Assembly: GCA_964594985.1 (NCBI GenBank) | Contig: CAZQNQ010000005.1 | Coordinates: 13,432 to 77,431 of the forward strand | Length of the DNA stretch: 64,000 nucleotides | Origin: an uncultured Bifidobacterium sp. | GTDB lineage: Bacteria; Verrucomicrobiota; Verrucomicrobiia; Limisphaerales; JADLHS01 | Direction: 5' to 3' | Part shown: positions 9,632 through 18,216 of the stretch, one piece after another | Layout: every line of letters begins with the position of its first letter | How positions within the stretch are numbered: position 1 is the first letter of the stretch | The notes under the pieces: generated by a model | Databases searched by the model: none | Seen by the model: the letters and a program-made list of their open reading frames with translations, nothing else | What the model was told of the DNA's origin: nothing | Translations under genes and position numbers: made by a program

Positions 9632-11317
9632 TTAAGAAGCTGGCGGCGGGTTCAAAGCGGGATTAACGGGCGCTTCAGCCACATGCCCGCACACTTCCGT
9701 GCTCCGCGCAAACTTCAATTCCGCCGCGCGCCCATCCGTGCCATCGGCGGCGACAGCGGTGACGGGCAACTCAAATTGTCCGTCCGGCAATGCGAAGCGA
9801 AAGCGGAACGAGCCGTCCGGGCGCAGTTGAATCTGTTTCCCCGCGAACATCACGGTGGCGTTGGGTTCGGTCGTGCCGTAGATGACCAGCTCGGCGTTGA
9901 CGTCGAACCAAAAGTCCTTCTGGCCTTCACCACCAAAAAAAGAAGACACATAGGACGAAGGCGACGGGAGGGGCGCGGCCTCGCCGGTTTCAAAGTCAAA
10001 GGCGAACTCCGGCCATGATTTCTCGGCCACGAATTCCCCCGAGTTGGGCAACGCCACCCTGACGCGATCTGCCGCCAGCACATCCGCCAGCGCTTGCTCT
10101 TGTTCCGGTGTCCATTCGCCGGCGGCTGCAGCCTTGAGAAAATGTTCCCGGGCGTGCGGCTTGATTTGATCCACCGCGTGCGCGAGCGGCGTATTTTGCG
10201 CCACGGATTCACCCGCCGTCTCTTTCAGCAAGGACAACATCGTCCCAAAGGAGAGTTCGGCCGGAATGGTGGCGAACTTCACGGCGGAGTCGGTGGAGAT
10301 ATGGTCGGGCGGCGTGCGTTGTGGCGCAGAGAACGCGAGCGACTGCCATTTGCGACCAGCCCGATAGTAACCCAGCTCGGTCTTGTAGATCTCACCGGCG
10401 CGTTCAACGTGGACGAACCAATGTTTCGACTCCGGATGAACGTGATATTCCGCTACTGGCTTCCCGATCGGCGCCACGGGCGAAGCGTTGTGAACGCGCA
10501 GGACCAGATGGCGATCCACCGAGCTGGTGTTGTGGCGGAATTGTTCTTCGCGGGTGAAATCCCAATGCGCGTAAAGCCAGTGCGGGTCGCGCGCGGTCAG
10601 GAAAAGTTTTCCCGTGCCGTAAGCTTCGGGCAACGGCGCGATGGCTTCGCTAAAATGTTCATGGGACACGGTCGGGCCGAGGGAAAACTTCTCGCCCGGG
10701 CCGCCGACTTCCAGATGACCCGGCTCGTCGCCTTCGAGCAGGAAGGCCGGCACGGTGAACGACGGTTCGGGGGCGGCTTTGCGGCCGTTTTTTCGGTCGG
10801 GTTTCAGCGTCGTCTTGCGACTGGCTGCCGATGACTCCGGCAAAACCGTCGCGGGCAGGGCGAGTTCTTCGTCCGCTTCAATCGTAAAGGTAACTGCGGG
10901 CGCAACCGCTTCTCCAAACACGAGGGCTGGCTTCTTTATCTTGCGACCGGTTTTGCGGGCAACTTTCAGCTTGGTGCGCAGTTTTGCGGGCGCGACGACT
11001 GAGGTCAACGGCGTTGCTGTTTGAGCAGCCACAGGAACTTTCCTGGCCCGGGTGACGACAGATTTGGCTGGCTTATGCTTTGAGGCGCTCTTGGCTTTTG
11101 GCTGGGCTGCTTTGGTTTTTGCTGCCATCACCCGCGCGATCTTCCGCTTCGCAACCTTGGGCTTGGTGGCATTCGCTTTGAGTTTCTTGGTCGGCGCAGC
11201 CTTTTTTGCCAAGGCTTTGGCGGACGGGGACTTTTTCCGCCGGGTCAGGCGCTGGGCAACGGGCTTGCGGGCCGGGATGGCCTTCTTCCTTTTGTTTCCG
11301 GGCAACGCACGCTTCAT
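9632..11317 (-). CDS. DUF4912-like protein with Lys/Ala-rich basic N-terminal tail
   Basis: ATG 11317 gives MKRALPGNKRKK. A ~135-aa KA-rich tail is followed by FLTARDPHWLYAHWDF, which is DUF4912-like. It sits directly next to the GH57 gene. Confidence 0.65.
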   Translation of the reverse strand: MKRALPGNKRKKAIPARKPVAQRLTRRKKSPSAKALAKKAAPTKKLKANATKPKVAKRKIARVMAAKTKAAQPKAKSASKHKPAKSVVTRARKVPVAAQTATPLTSVVAPAKLRTKLKVARKTGRKIKKPALVFGEAVAPAVTFTIEADEELALPATVLPESSAASRKTTLKPDRKNGRKAAPEPSFTVPAFLLEGDEPGHLEVGGPGEKFSLGPTVSHEHFSEAIAPLPEAYGTGKLFLTARDPHWLYAHWDFTREEQFRHNTSSVDRHLVLRVHNASPVAPIGKPVAEYHVHPESKHWFVHVERAGEIYKTELGYYRAGRKWQSLAFSAPQRTPPDHISTDSAVKFATIPAELSFGTMLSLLKETAGESVAQNTPLAHAVDQIKPHAREHFLKAAAAGEWTPEQEQALADVLAADRVRVALPNSGEFVAEKSWPEFAFDFETGEAAPLPSPSSYVSSFFGGEGQKDFWFDVNAELVIYGTTEPNATVMFAGKQIQLRPDGSFRFRFALPDGQFELPVTAVAADGTDGRAAELKFARSTEVCGHVAEAPVNPALNPPPAS

Positions 11318-11419
11318 GAGAATGTCGCTTGAGACTAAAGTCGCGCCGCGCCGGGCGCAACGGGAAATCCCGGCGGAAAACCGGCTTGCCCAGGGCGGCG
11401 GGCGCGCTAGGCTGCAATT

Positions 11420-11809
11420 ATGAGTCTGGCCAGGAAGCTTTTGCATACGCGTTACCGGATCAACGACCTCGAACGCACGGTGACATTCTATCGCGACATC
11501 CTCGGGTTGCAGGAGGTCAAACGGCATAAATCCCCGCGCGGCTCGGAGTTGGTTTTTCTCAAAGCGCCGGAAAGCGAGGAACTGATCGAGCTTTGCCATT
11601 TCCCCGGCAGCGAATCGGTCCAGGTCCAGGCCGACCTGACGCATCTGGCATTCGAGGTGGACAGCCTGACGGCGTTTGAGAAACACCTCGCCCAACACGG
11701 CCTGAAATACTCCGACGGCCCGACGACGACTTCCACCGGCACGTTCTTTGCATTCATTGACGCGCCGGAGGGGTATGAAATTGAGCTGATTGAGCGCGCC
11801 ACCAAGTAA
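11420..11809 (+). CDS. VOC/glyoxalase I family protein
   Basis: LLHTRYRINDLERTVTFYRDILGL..., HLAFEVD and GYEIELIE. 129 aa. Confidence 0.8.
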   Translation: MSLARKLLHTRYRINDLERTVTFYRDILGLQEVKRHKSPRGSELVFLKAPESEELIELCHFPGSESVQVQADLTHLAFEVDSLTAFEKHLAQHGLKYSDGPTTTSTGTFFAFIDAPEGYEIELIERATK

Positions 11810-11813
11810 ACGG

Positions 11814-11899
11814 ATTGAACAGGAGGAAACTGAGAAAACTGAGAAAACGGAGAATAAACTATTCCGCCTCTGTTTTCTCCGTTCGCTCCTGTTGAATCG
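11814..11899. repeat. palindromic repeat, Q family, between convergent genes
   Basis: attgaacaggaggaaactgagaaaactgagaaaacggag faces cctctgttttctccgttcgctcctgttgaatcg. It fills the gap between the VOC and fmdB stops, so it is a candidate bidirectional terminator. Confidence 0.7.
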
Positions 11900-11902
11900 G
11901 TT

Positions 11903-12253
11903 TTAGTGTCCCAGCATCCACGGACGCTTCGGCTTGATGGTCGCCTCGAATCGTCCGGTCTTGCCGAGATCAACCGGGCGCGTGGTTTTCTTGCCGGTGG
12001 ATTTTCCCGGGCCACAGCCGCAGCCTGAACCGCAGCGATGTTTGTTGCGGACGCCGGGTTCGTGGGCGCTCTTTTCGTTCCGCGCATGCGCCGAGCGCAA
12101 CGGCGCGGCCATCAAGCTGAGATTCGGCGCGGTGACTTCGCGGGCGGCGAAAGTTTCGCACGCCGGACAACGCGCCGGCTCATCACGACGTTCCATCGAA
12201 CGCAGCAACGAGAACGGGCCGCACTTTTTGCAGGTGTAATCGTAGAAGGGCAT
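11903..12253 (-). CDS. fmdB: FmdB-family zinc-ribbon putative regulatory protein
   Basis: ATG 12253 gives MPFYDYTCKKCG...CPAC, followed by a Gly/Cys-rich tail. It lies directly downstream of the formamidase gene. Confidence 0.8.
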   Translation of the reverse strand: MPFYDYTCKKCGPFSLLRSMERRDEPARCPACETFAAREVTAPNLSLMAAPLRSAHARNEKSAHEPGVRNKHRCGSGCGCGPGKSTGKKTTRPVDLGKTGRFEATIKPKRPWMLGH

Positions 12254-12269
12254 CGCAATCCTTTCACCC

Positions 12270-12485
12270 TGTGGCAGCCGACGTGAGGAGGCTCTGACTT
12301 CCCAATGCGAAACCAACTGTAATCACTAATCGGTGGCTCCTTCGAACTCCCCTCACCCGGCCTATCGGCCACCCTCTCCCCTTCGGAAGGGGAGAGGGAC
12401 GGGGTGAGGGGCTTTCTTTCATTCCAGCGGTTTCGACAGTTAATTGGGATTCGCTATTTGAGCCTCGTCACCTCGACTGCTACAG
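12270..12485. repeat. composite palindromic element (EPPHVGCY-type arms with a nested E-family element)
   Basis: The outer inverted arms are gtggcagccgacgtgaggaggctc (12270-12293) and gagcctcgtcacctcgactgctacag (12460-12485). The inner element at 12349-12411 is nearly identical to the uvrB insert. Confidence 0.8.
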
Positions 12486-12499
12486 GGTTTTGAAATATT

Positions 12500-13729
12500 T
12501 TATTTCGCTTTCGCCAAATCCGCCTTGCCGGTGACGTACTTCTTTGGGCCGGCTTCGTTGGGCAGGATCGGGAACTTAAATATCTCCGACGGCACATAGA
12601 GCGTCGCGCACGCGTTCGGAATATCCACGATGCCGCTGATGTGGCCCTCGACTGGCGCGGTGCCAAGGATCGCGTAGGCCTGCTCGCCGGTGTAACCGAA
12701 TTTCTTCAGGTAGTTGATCGCGTTCAAGCACGCCTGCCGATAGGCGACCGTGGCATCCATGTAGTACTGCTTGCCCTTTTCATCCACCGAGATGCCTTCA
12801 AAGATGATGTAGTTGGTGTACTTCGGCTCGACCGGGCTGGGCTGGAAGATGGGATTGAGAATCCCGTATTTCTTCATGCCGCCCTTGATGAGGCTCACGC
12901 GCAGGTCAAGGAAGCCGGCCATTTCGATCGCGCCGCAGAAGGTGATTTCGCCGTCGCCTTGCGAGAAGTGGATGTCACCCATCGAGAGACCCGCGCCTTT
13001 CACATAGACCGGGAAGAAAATCTTCGAGCCGCGACTCAGATTTTTGATGTCGCAGTTGCCGCCGTGTTCGCGCGGCGGAACGGTGCGCACGGCTTCCAGC
13101 GCGGCTTTCTTCGCGGCAGCGGGCTTCATCGTGCCGAGATGCGCGGTTTCCGCAAACGGCAAGCAGGCCAAGGGCGGCACGCGGTTCGGATCGGTGGCAA
13201 AAAGTTCCGACTCACGCTTGTTCCAGGTGTTGAGCAGCTCGCGCGAGGGCAGGCAGCCGATCAGCCCGGGATGCGTGATGCCGGCGAATTCCACGCCGGG
13301 AATGTGTCGGGAACTGGCATAGAGGCCGCTGAAGTGCCAGCAGGCTTTACGCGCCTCGGGAAACTGATTTACGAGGAAACCGCCGCCGTTTTCCTTCGCA
13401 AAGATTCCGGTGAAACCCCAATCAGATTCAGGCAGCACACCGACGTCGAGCAAATCCACCACAAGCAGATCGCCCGGTTCGGCGCCTTTCACGCCAATGG
13501 GACCGCTCAGATAGTGTACTTTGGTGAGGTTCACATCACGCACGTCTTTGGCGTTGTCGTCATCAAAAATCTGGCCGCCGGTCCAGTCGAGACATTCGAC
13601 GCGGAACTCGTCGCCGGGCTTGACCCACGCGATCATGGGGATGTCGGGATGCCAGCGATTATGGAGGTAAGGCTGGTCTTCCGGCTTCTTCTTGAAGTCA
13701 ACTTTGATCAGGGGCTTTGCCATATTCAT
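12500..13729 (-). CDS. fmdA: formamidase (acetamidase/formamidase family)
   Basis: The N-terminus PYLHNRWHPDIPMIAWVKPGDEFRVECLDWTGGQI and the length of 409 aa are typical of FmdA-type formamidases. Confidence 0.9.
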   Translation of the reverse strand: MNMAKPLIKVDFKKKPEDQPYLHNRWHPDIPMIAWVKPGDEFRVECLDWTGGQIFDDDNAKDVRDVNLTKVHYLSGPIGVKGAEPGDLLVVDLLDVGVLPESDWGFTGIFAKENGGGFLVNQFPEARKACWHFSGLYASSRHIPGVEFAGITHPGLIGCLPSRELLNTWNKRESELFATDPNRVPPLACLPFAETAHLGTMKPAAAKKAALEAVRTVPPREHGGNCDIKNLSRGSKIFFPVYVKGAGLSMGDIHFSQGDGEITFCGAIEMAGFLDLRVSLIKGGMKKYGILNPIFQPSPVEPKYTNYIIFEGISVDEKGKQYYMDATVAYRQACLNAINYLKKFGYTGEQAYAILGTAPVEGHISGIVDIPNACATLYVPSEIFKFPILPNEAGPKKYVTGKADLAKAK

Positions 13730-13732
13730 GTT

Positions 13733-13775
13733 CCTTTCAGGTTCAGAGTTCGGTTGTGGGTTCAGGGTTCAGACG
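13733..13775 (-). promoter_or_regulatory. CTGAAC(C)-repeat leader immediately 5-prime of fmdA
   Basis: On the coding strand, tctgaaccctgaacccacaaccgaactctgaacctgaaaggaacATG carries four CTGAAC-like units. A similar array precedes urtA. Confidence 0.4.
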
Positions 13776-13787
13776 GGAAATTGTTTT

Positions 13788-13940
13788 TAACCACGGATGG
13801 ACACGGATCAACACGGATGAAAAGACTTCGCCGCGAATTATCGCGACCGACAACACGGCCTGGAAAATTCGCGCTGATTAGCGTGCTTCGCGTAAAGATT
13901 CTGGTCTTATCCGTGTTCATCTGTGTCCATCCGTGGTTGA
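13788..13940. repeat. palindromic MITE-like element, W family (ccacggatggacacgg)
   Basis: ttaaccacggatggacacggatcaacacggat faces atccgtgttcatctgtgtccatccgtggttga. The arms are ~32 bp, nearly perfect, and separated by ~90 bp. Confidence 0.8.
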
Positions 13941-13943
13941 GCC

Positions 13944-14633
13944 TCAGACCGCGAGCAGGGCTTTGACTTTGTTCGCATCGAGACTTTCACGCGGGGCCTC
14001 GTGGACGAACCGCCCGCGCTCGATGACTAGTGCGCGGTCGCACACCTCCATCATGAAACTCACCACCTGCTCGGAGACGATGATCGCGAGCTTGCGCATC
14101 TTGCGGATTTCTTTCAGCGCCCTGGCGATGTCCTTGATGATCGAGGGCTGGATGCCTTCAGTGGGTTCATCGAGCACGAGCACCTTGGGGTCGCTGATGA
14201 GCGCGCGGGCGATGGCGAGCTGTTGCTGCTGCCCGCCGGAAAGGTTGCCGCCTTTGCGTTTGCGCATCTCGCGCAGCACGGGAAACACCGCGTAGATTTC
14301 GTCCCAGACGCTTTGCTCAATTTTGCCGCGGGCGCCGGTCAGAATGTTTTCCGTGACGGTGAGCGAGGGAAAAATCATGCGCCCCTGCGGCACGAAGGCG
14401 ATGCCGCCGCGCACGCGTTCGTGCGGCGCGAGGCCGGAAATCTCTTTCTCATCGAGTTTGATCGAGCCGGATCGGGACGGGAGGATGCCGATGAGCGACT
14501 TGAGCAACGTGGTTTTGCCCATGCCGTTGCGGCCCATGATGGCAAGGATTTCTTCGCCCCCGAGTTGGAAGGAAAGGTCCTGGATGACCCGGCTCTGACC
14601 GTAGCCGACTTCGAGATTTTGAACTGCGAGCAT
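13944..14633 (-). CDS. urtE: urea/short-chain amide ABC transporter ATP-binding protein
   Basis: ATG 14633 gives MLAVQNLEVGYG. Walker A is GRNGMGKTT, the signature is LSGGQQQ and Walker B is LVLDEP. Confidence 0.85.
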   Translation of the reverse strand: MLAVQNLEVGYGQSRVIQDLSFQLGGEEILAIMGRNGMGKTTLLKSLIGILPSRSGSIKLDEKEISGLAPHERVRGGIAFVPQGRMIFPSLTVTENILTGARGKIEQSVWDEIYAVFPVLREMRKRKGGNLSGGQQQQLAIARALISDPKVLVLDEPTEGIQPSIIKDIARALKEIRKMRKLAIIVSEQVVSFMMEVCDRALVIERGRFVHEAPRESLDANKVKALLAV

Positions 14634-14647
14634 AGTTAGTTGTTGGG

Positions 14648-14984
14648 GTTGACCACGAATGGACACCCATGAACACGAAGCTGGGAAACAAACGCGGTGA
14701 CGCGGAGAACGCAGAGAGTCGCAAAGTGAGGAACGGCAAAGAGCGTCAAACTCGCCAGCGGTTGGGAACGTCGCGGTAGCGTTTGGACTGCGCCGTCTTT
14801 AGCGGCGCCTTCGTCCGGGCGGAGAGTTCTCAAGGAATGGATAATCGCGGCGCGCACCAAGAGCGGCGCTGAAGCCGCCGCAGTCCAGACGCTTCGCGAT
14901 ACACGTTTGCGCCGGCAGTTAATCAGCCTCTCCGCGTTTCTCCCCCTTCGCAATCCGTGTCTCTTCGTGTTCATTCGTGGTTCA
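14648..14984. repeat. palindromic MITE-like element, W family with nested inner inverted repeats
   Basis: The arms are ttgaccacgaatggacacccatgaacacgaag and cttcgtgttcattcgtggttcaa. Inner inverted repeats are tggactgcg...cgcagtcca and ggagaacgcagagag...ctctccgcgtttctcc. Confidence 0.75.
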
Positions 14985-14988
14985 AGTT

Positions 14989-15735
14989 TCAGTGACCGAG
15001 ATAAACTTCGATGACCTTCGGGTCGTGCTGCACTTCGGCCATGCTGCCTTCGGCGAGGATTTTACCGAGGTGCAGGACGGTGACCTTGTCCGCGATGCGC
15101 GAAACGAATTCCATGTCGTGCTCGATGACCACGATGCAGCGGCCTTTGCAGATGCGTTTGATGAGCGCCGCGGTTTGTTCGCGTTCGGCGGGGCTCATGC
15201 CCGCGACGGGTTCATCGAGCATGAGCAACTCCGGCTCTTGCATGAGCAACATGCCGATCTCGAGCCATTGCTTCTGGCCGTGACTCAGAAACGCGCCTTC
15301 GATGTCGAGGTAATCCTTGAGGCTGATCTCCTCGGCAATCTTGTGGATGCGATCCACCACATCGGGCGTGCGACGGAAGGCGACGCAGCCAAACACATTG
15401 CGGCCTTTCGGGTAGGAGATTTCCAGGTTCTCGAAAACCGTGAGATTTTCGTAGATGGACGGCGTCTGGAATTTCCGGCCCACGCCCTCGCGCACGATGC
15501 GATGCTCGGCCATGCCGATGAGTTCGCGGTTGTTGAACTTGATGCTGCCGCTGGTGGGCTTGGTCTTGCCGCAAATCATGTCGAGCACGGTGGTTTTGCC
15601 CGCACCGTTCGGCCCGATGATGACGCGCAACTCGTCCTTCTCGACGTAAAGATTGAGCGCATCCACGGCTTTGAAGCCGTCAAAGGACACGGTGAGGTCC
15701 TCGATGGCGAGGAGGAAGTTGGTATTGCTGGGCAT
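14989..15735 (-). CDS. urtD: urea/short-chain amide ABC transporter ATP-binding protein
   Basis: Walker A is GPNGAGKTT, the signature is LSHGQKQ and Walker B is LMLDEP. The EVYLG C-terminus is typical of the LivG/UrtD type. Confidence 0.88.
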   Translation of the reverse strand: MPSNTNFLLAIEDLTVSFDGFKAVDALNLYVEKDELRVIIGPNGAGKTTVLDMICGKTKPTSGSIKFNNRELIGMAEHRIVREGVGRKFQTPSIYENLTVFENLEISYPKGRNVFGCVAFRRTPDVVDRIHKIAEEISLKDYLDIEGAFLSHGQKQWLEIGMLLMQEPELLMLDEPVAGMSPAEREQTAALIKRICKGRCIVVIEHDMEFVSRIADKVTVLHLGKILAEGSMAEVQHDPKVIEVYLGH

Positions 15736-15737
15736 GG

Positions 15738-16883
15738 TTACTCTCCTTTGGCGACGGGTTCAATGATGCCGGTCGGGGCATTGCCGTTGGCGCGGAATTT
15801 CGTCCAGAGCGGCCCGGCTTTCTTGCGGATCAATTCCCACACGCCGGCCAGGCCGTTCGGGAAGAGCACGACCACCGCAATGAATAATCCGCCCATTGCG
15901 AACAGCCAGAGCTGCGGAAAGTTTTCCGAGAACAAACTCTTGCCGGTGTTCACCACCAATGCGCCATAGACTGCGCCGTAGAGCGAAGCGCGTCCGCCGA
16001 CCGCACAGAAGATGACCATTTCAATCGAGGGGATGATCCCCACGAGCGACGGCGAGATGAAACCGACCTGAAGCACAAACAGCGCGCCACCCAACCCGCT
16101 CAGAGCCGCTGCGAAGCAGAACGTAGCGACCTTGAACATCGAAACGTCGTAGCCGGAGAAGCGCACGCGATCCTCCTTGTCGCGCATGGCGAGGAGCATT
16201 TTGCCGGTCTTGCCGGAAAGCAGCCATTGCGAGAACAGGATGCATGCGAGCAACAGGAGGCACGTGGTGAAGTAGAGGATGTATTGCGCGTGTTGGGTGC
16301 GGATGTCCCAACCCCAGAGCGTGCGCAGATCGGTGATGCCATTACGACCGCCGGTATAACCCTGACGACTGTCAATGCCGAGCGACAGGATCAACGCCAG
16401 CGCCTGGGTGATAATCGCGAAATAAACGCCGCCGACCCGCCGCTTGAACATCGCGACGCCCACGATGAAGGCCACGATGGTTGGCACGATCACCACGGCG
16501 AACAAAGTGAAGGGCAGACTTTTGAACGGCACCCAAAAGGATGGCAACGCGGTGATTTGATTCCAGTCCATGAAATCCGGGATGCCCGGCGTGGATTGGA
16601 TCTTGGTGCTGATGGGATCGGAGGCTTCAAGTTTGAGAAACATCGCCATGCAATAACCGCCGAGGCCGAAGAACACGCCCTGACCAAGACTGAGCACCCC
16701 CGCCTTGCCCCACAACAGCACGAGACCGAGCGCGACGAAGGCGTAGGTAAGATATTTACCGACGAGATTCAGGCGGAAGATGTCGAGCGTGAGCGGCAGC
16801 ACGAGCAACAGCAGCGCCGCCATCACCACCAAGTTGGTTGTGCCCTCATTGCCGCCAAACAGTCGTTTGTAAAAGGTTTTCAC
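15738..16883 (-). CDS. urtC: urea/short-chain amide ABC transporter permease
   Basis: A multi-TM LivM/UrtC-like permease of 381 aa. Its stop is 2 nt from the urtD start. Confidence 0.85.
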   Translation of the reverse strand: MKTFYKRLFGGNEGTTNLVVMAALLLLVLPLTLDIFRLNLVGKYLTYAFVALGLVLLWGKAGVLSLGQGVFFGLGGYCMAMFLKLEASDPISTKIQSTPGIPDFMDWNQITALPSFWVPFKSLPFTLFAVVIVPTIVAFIVGVAMFKRRVGGVYFAIITQALALILSLGIDSRQGYTGGRNGITDLRTLWGWDIRTQHAQYILYFTTCLLLLACILFSQWLLSGKTGKMLLAMRDKEDRVRFSGYDVSMFKVATFCFAAALSGLGGALFVLQVGFISPSLVGIIPSIEMVIFCAVGGRASLYGAVYGALVVNTGKSLFSENFPQLWLFAMGGLFIAVVVLFPNGLAGVWELIRKKAGPLWTKFRANGNAPTGIIEPVAKGE

Positions 16884-16898
16884 AGGTTAAGTCAGTTG

Positions 16899-17174
16899 AG
16901 GGAAACCACGAATGAACACGAATGGACAAGAAGCATAAGAGCGCGACCGGTCCCCCGGTCGCAGCGCGTGGCGATGCAAAGAGGCTTGGGGTTTTCCCAC
17001 AACTTTCGGTCTGGCGCTGCGCTGCGGACGGGGACCGTCCGCGCTCCGATCAAGGTAGGGCGCGTCACTCCGTGCGCGCCGTCGTTGCCAGACGCCAGCC
17101 CGGCGCGCACGGAGTGACGCGCCCTGCCAACGCAATTCCATTCGTGTCTCTTCGAGTTCATTCGTGGTTAAAAC
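16899..17174. repeat. palindromic MITE-like element, W family with nested hairpins
   Basis: The arms are aaccacgaatgaacacgaatggacaag and ccattcgtgtctcttcgagttcattcgtggtt. Inside are the 34-bp repeat (17021-17054) and a perfect inverted repeat, gggcgcgtcactccgtgcgcgcc / ggcgcgcacggagtgacgcgccc. Confidence 0.8.
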
Positions 17175-17183
17175 AGTTTTGGG

Positions 17184-18116
17184 TTACGTGCCGCGGACTT
17201 TGCTGGGGAACAATCCTTTGGGCCGGATCATCAGGACGATGACGATGGTCAACAGGATGGCAACCTTGCCCATCGTGCCTTCCAGAAAAAATTCCGAGAT
17301 GGACTGGCCTTGCGCGATGCCAAATGCCGAAGCCACCGTGCCCAGCAAACTCGCCGTGCCACCAAAAACCACGACGAGGAACGTGTCCACGATGTAACGC
17401 GAGCCGCTGTCTGGCCCGGTCGAACCGATGGTGGTGAATGCCGCGCCCGCCACCCCCGCGATACCGCAGCCAAGGCAGAACGTGAAGCGATCCACGAGCT
17501 TGGTGTTGATGCCGACCGCGCCGCTCATGGTGCGGTTTTGCACGGTGGCGCGCATGTGGAGTCCGAGGCGCGAGCGATACATGAACAGCCAGACGCCAAA
17601 CGTCAGCGCCAACGTGAGGCCCATGACAAACACGCCGTTGATCGGGATGTCCACGTTCTCCGACGGCTTGAACGAACCCATCAACCACTCGGGCAGCGTC
17701 GGCGTTACTTCACGCGCGCCGAAGATGGAGCGGAACGCTTGTTGCATGATGAGACTCAAGCCCCAGGTGGCGAGCAAGGTGTCGAGCGGACGTTTGTAGA
17801 GAAAGCGGATGAGCGACCATTCCACGAACCACCCCAGCAGCGCCGCCGCGAGGAACGCCAAGACGATGGCGATCAGAAAATAATACGGCTGCATGGCGGG
17901 CGCGTAGTTCGCCACCAGGGTCGAGCAGAGATAAACCACGTAAGCGCCGAGCGCCATGAACTCGCCATGCGCAAGATTCACCACCCCCATCTGACCAAAG
18001 ATGATCGCCAGGCCGAGCGCCATCAGCAGCAACACGCTGAACAGGCTCAGGCCCGCGAAGCTTTGCATGATGGTGATGGACCAGATTTCTGCGGGGGTGT
18101 AAGCGGCGAACATCAT
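17184..18116 (-). CDS. urtB: urea/short-chain amide ABC transporter permease
   Basis: A LivH/UrtB-like permease of 310 aa with the GQMGVVNLAHGEF motif. Confidence 0.85.
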   Translation of the reverse strand: MMFAAYTPAEIWSITIMQSFAGLSLFSVLLLMALGLAIIFGQMGVVNLAHGEFMALGAYVVYLCSTLVANYAPAMQPYYFLIAIVLAFLAAALLGWFVEWSLIRFLYKRPLDTLLATWGLSLIMQQAFRSIFGAREVTPTLPEWLMGSFKPSENVDIPINGVFVMGLTLALTFGVWLFMYRSRLGLHMRATVQNRTMSGAVGINTKLVDRFTFCLGCGIAGVAGAAFTTIGSTGPDSGSRYIVDTFLVVVFGGTASLLGTVASAFGIAQGQSISEFFLEGTMGKVAILLTIVIVLMIRPKGLFPSKVRGT

Positions 18117-18162
18117 AAATTTTTCAGCAGCCAGGTTTGTTGCGGGTTTCCATTAACTCTGC

Positions 18163-18191
18163 CGGCTGGCGGCCCGTCAGACCGCCAGCCG
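18163..18191 (-). promoter_or_regulatory. intercistronic stem-loop between urtA and urtB
   Basis: cggctggcgg and ccgccagccg form a 10-bp GC-rich stem with a 9-nt loop. It sits in the 100-nt spacer downstream of the binding-protein gene. Confidence 0.5.
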
Positions 18192-18216
18192 ACGTTGCAT
18201 CACGCGCACACAACCG

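Noticed and set aside
16227-17117. A 296-aa plus ORF spanning the urtC 5-prime end and the intergenic element.
   Set aside because: It is antisense to urtC, and its C-terminal part translates the repeat (LRTGTVRAPIK also appears in ORF 7777-7968).
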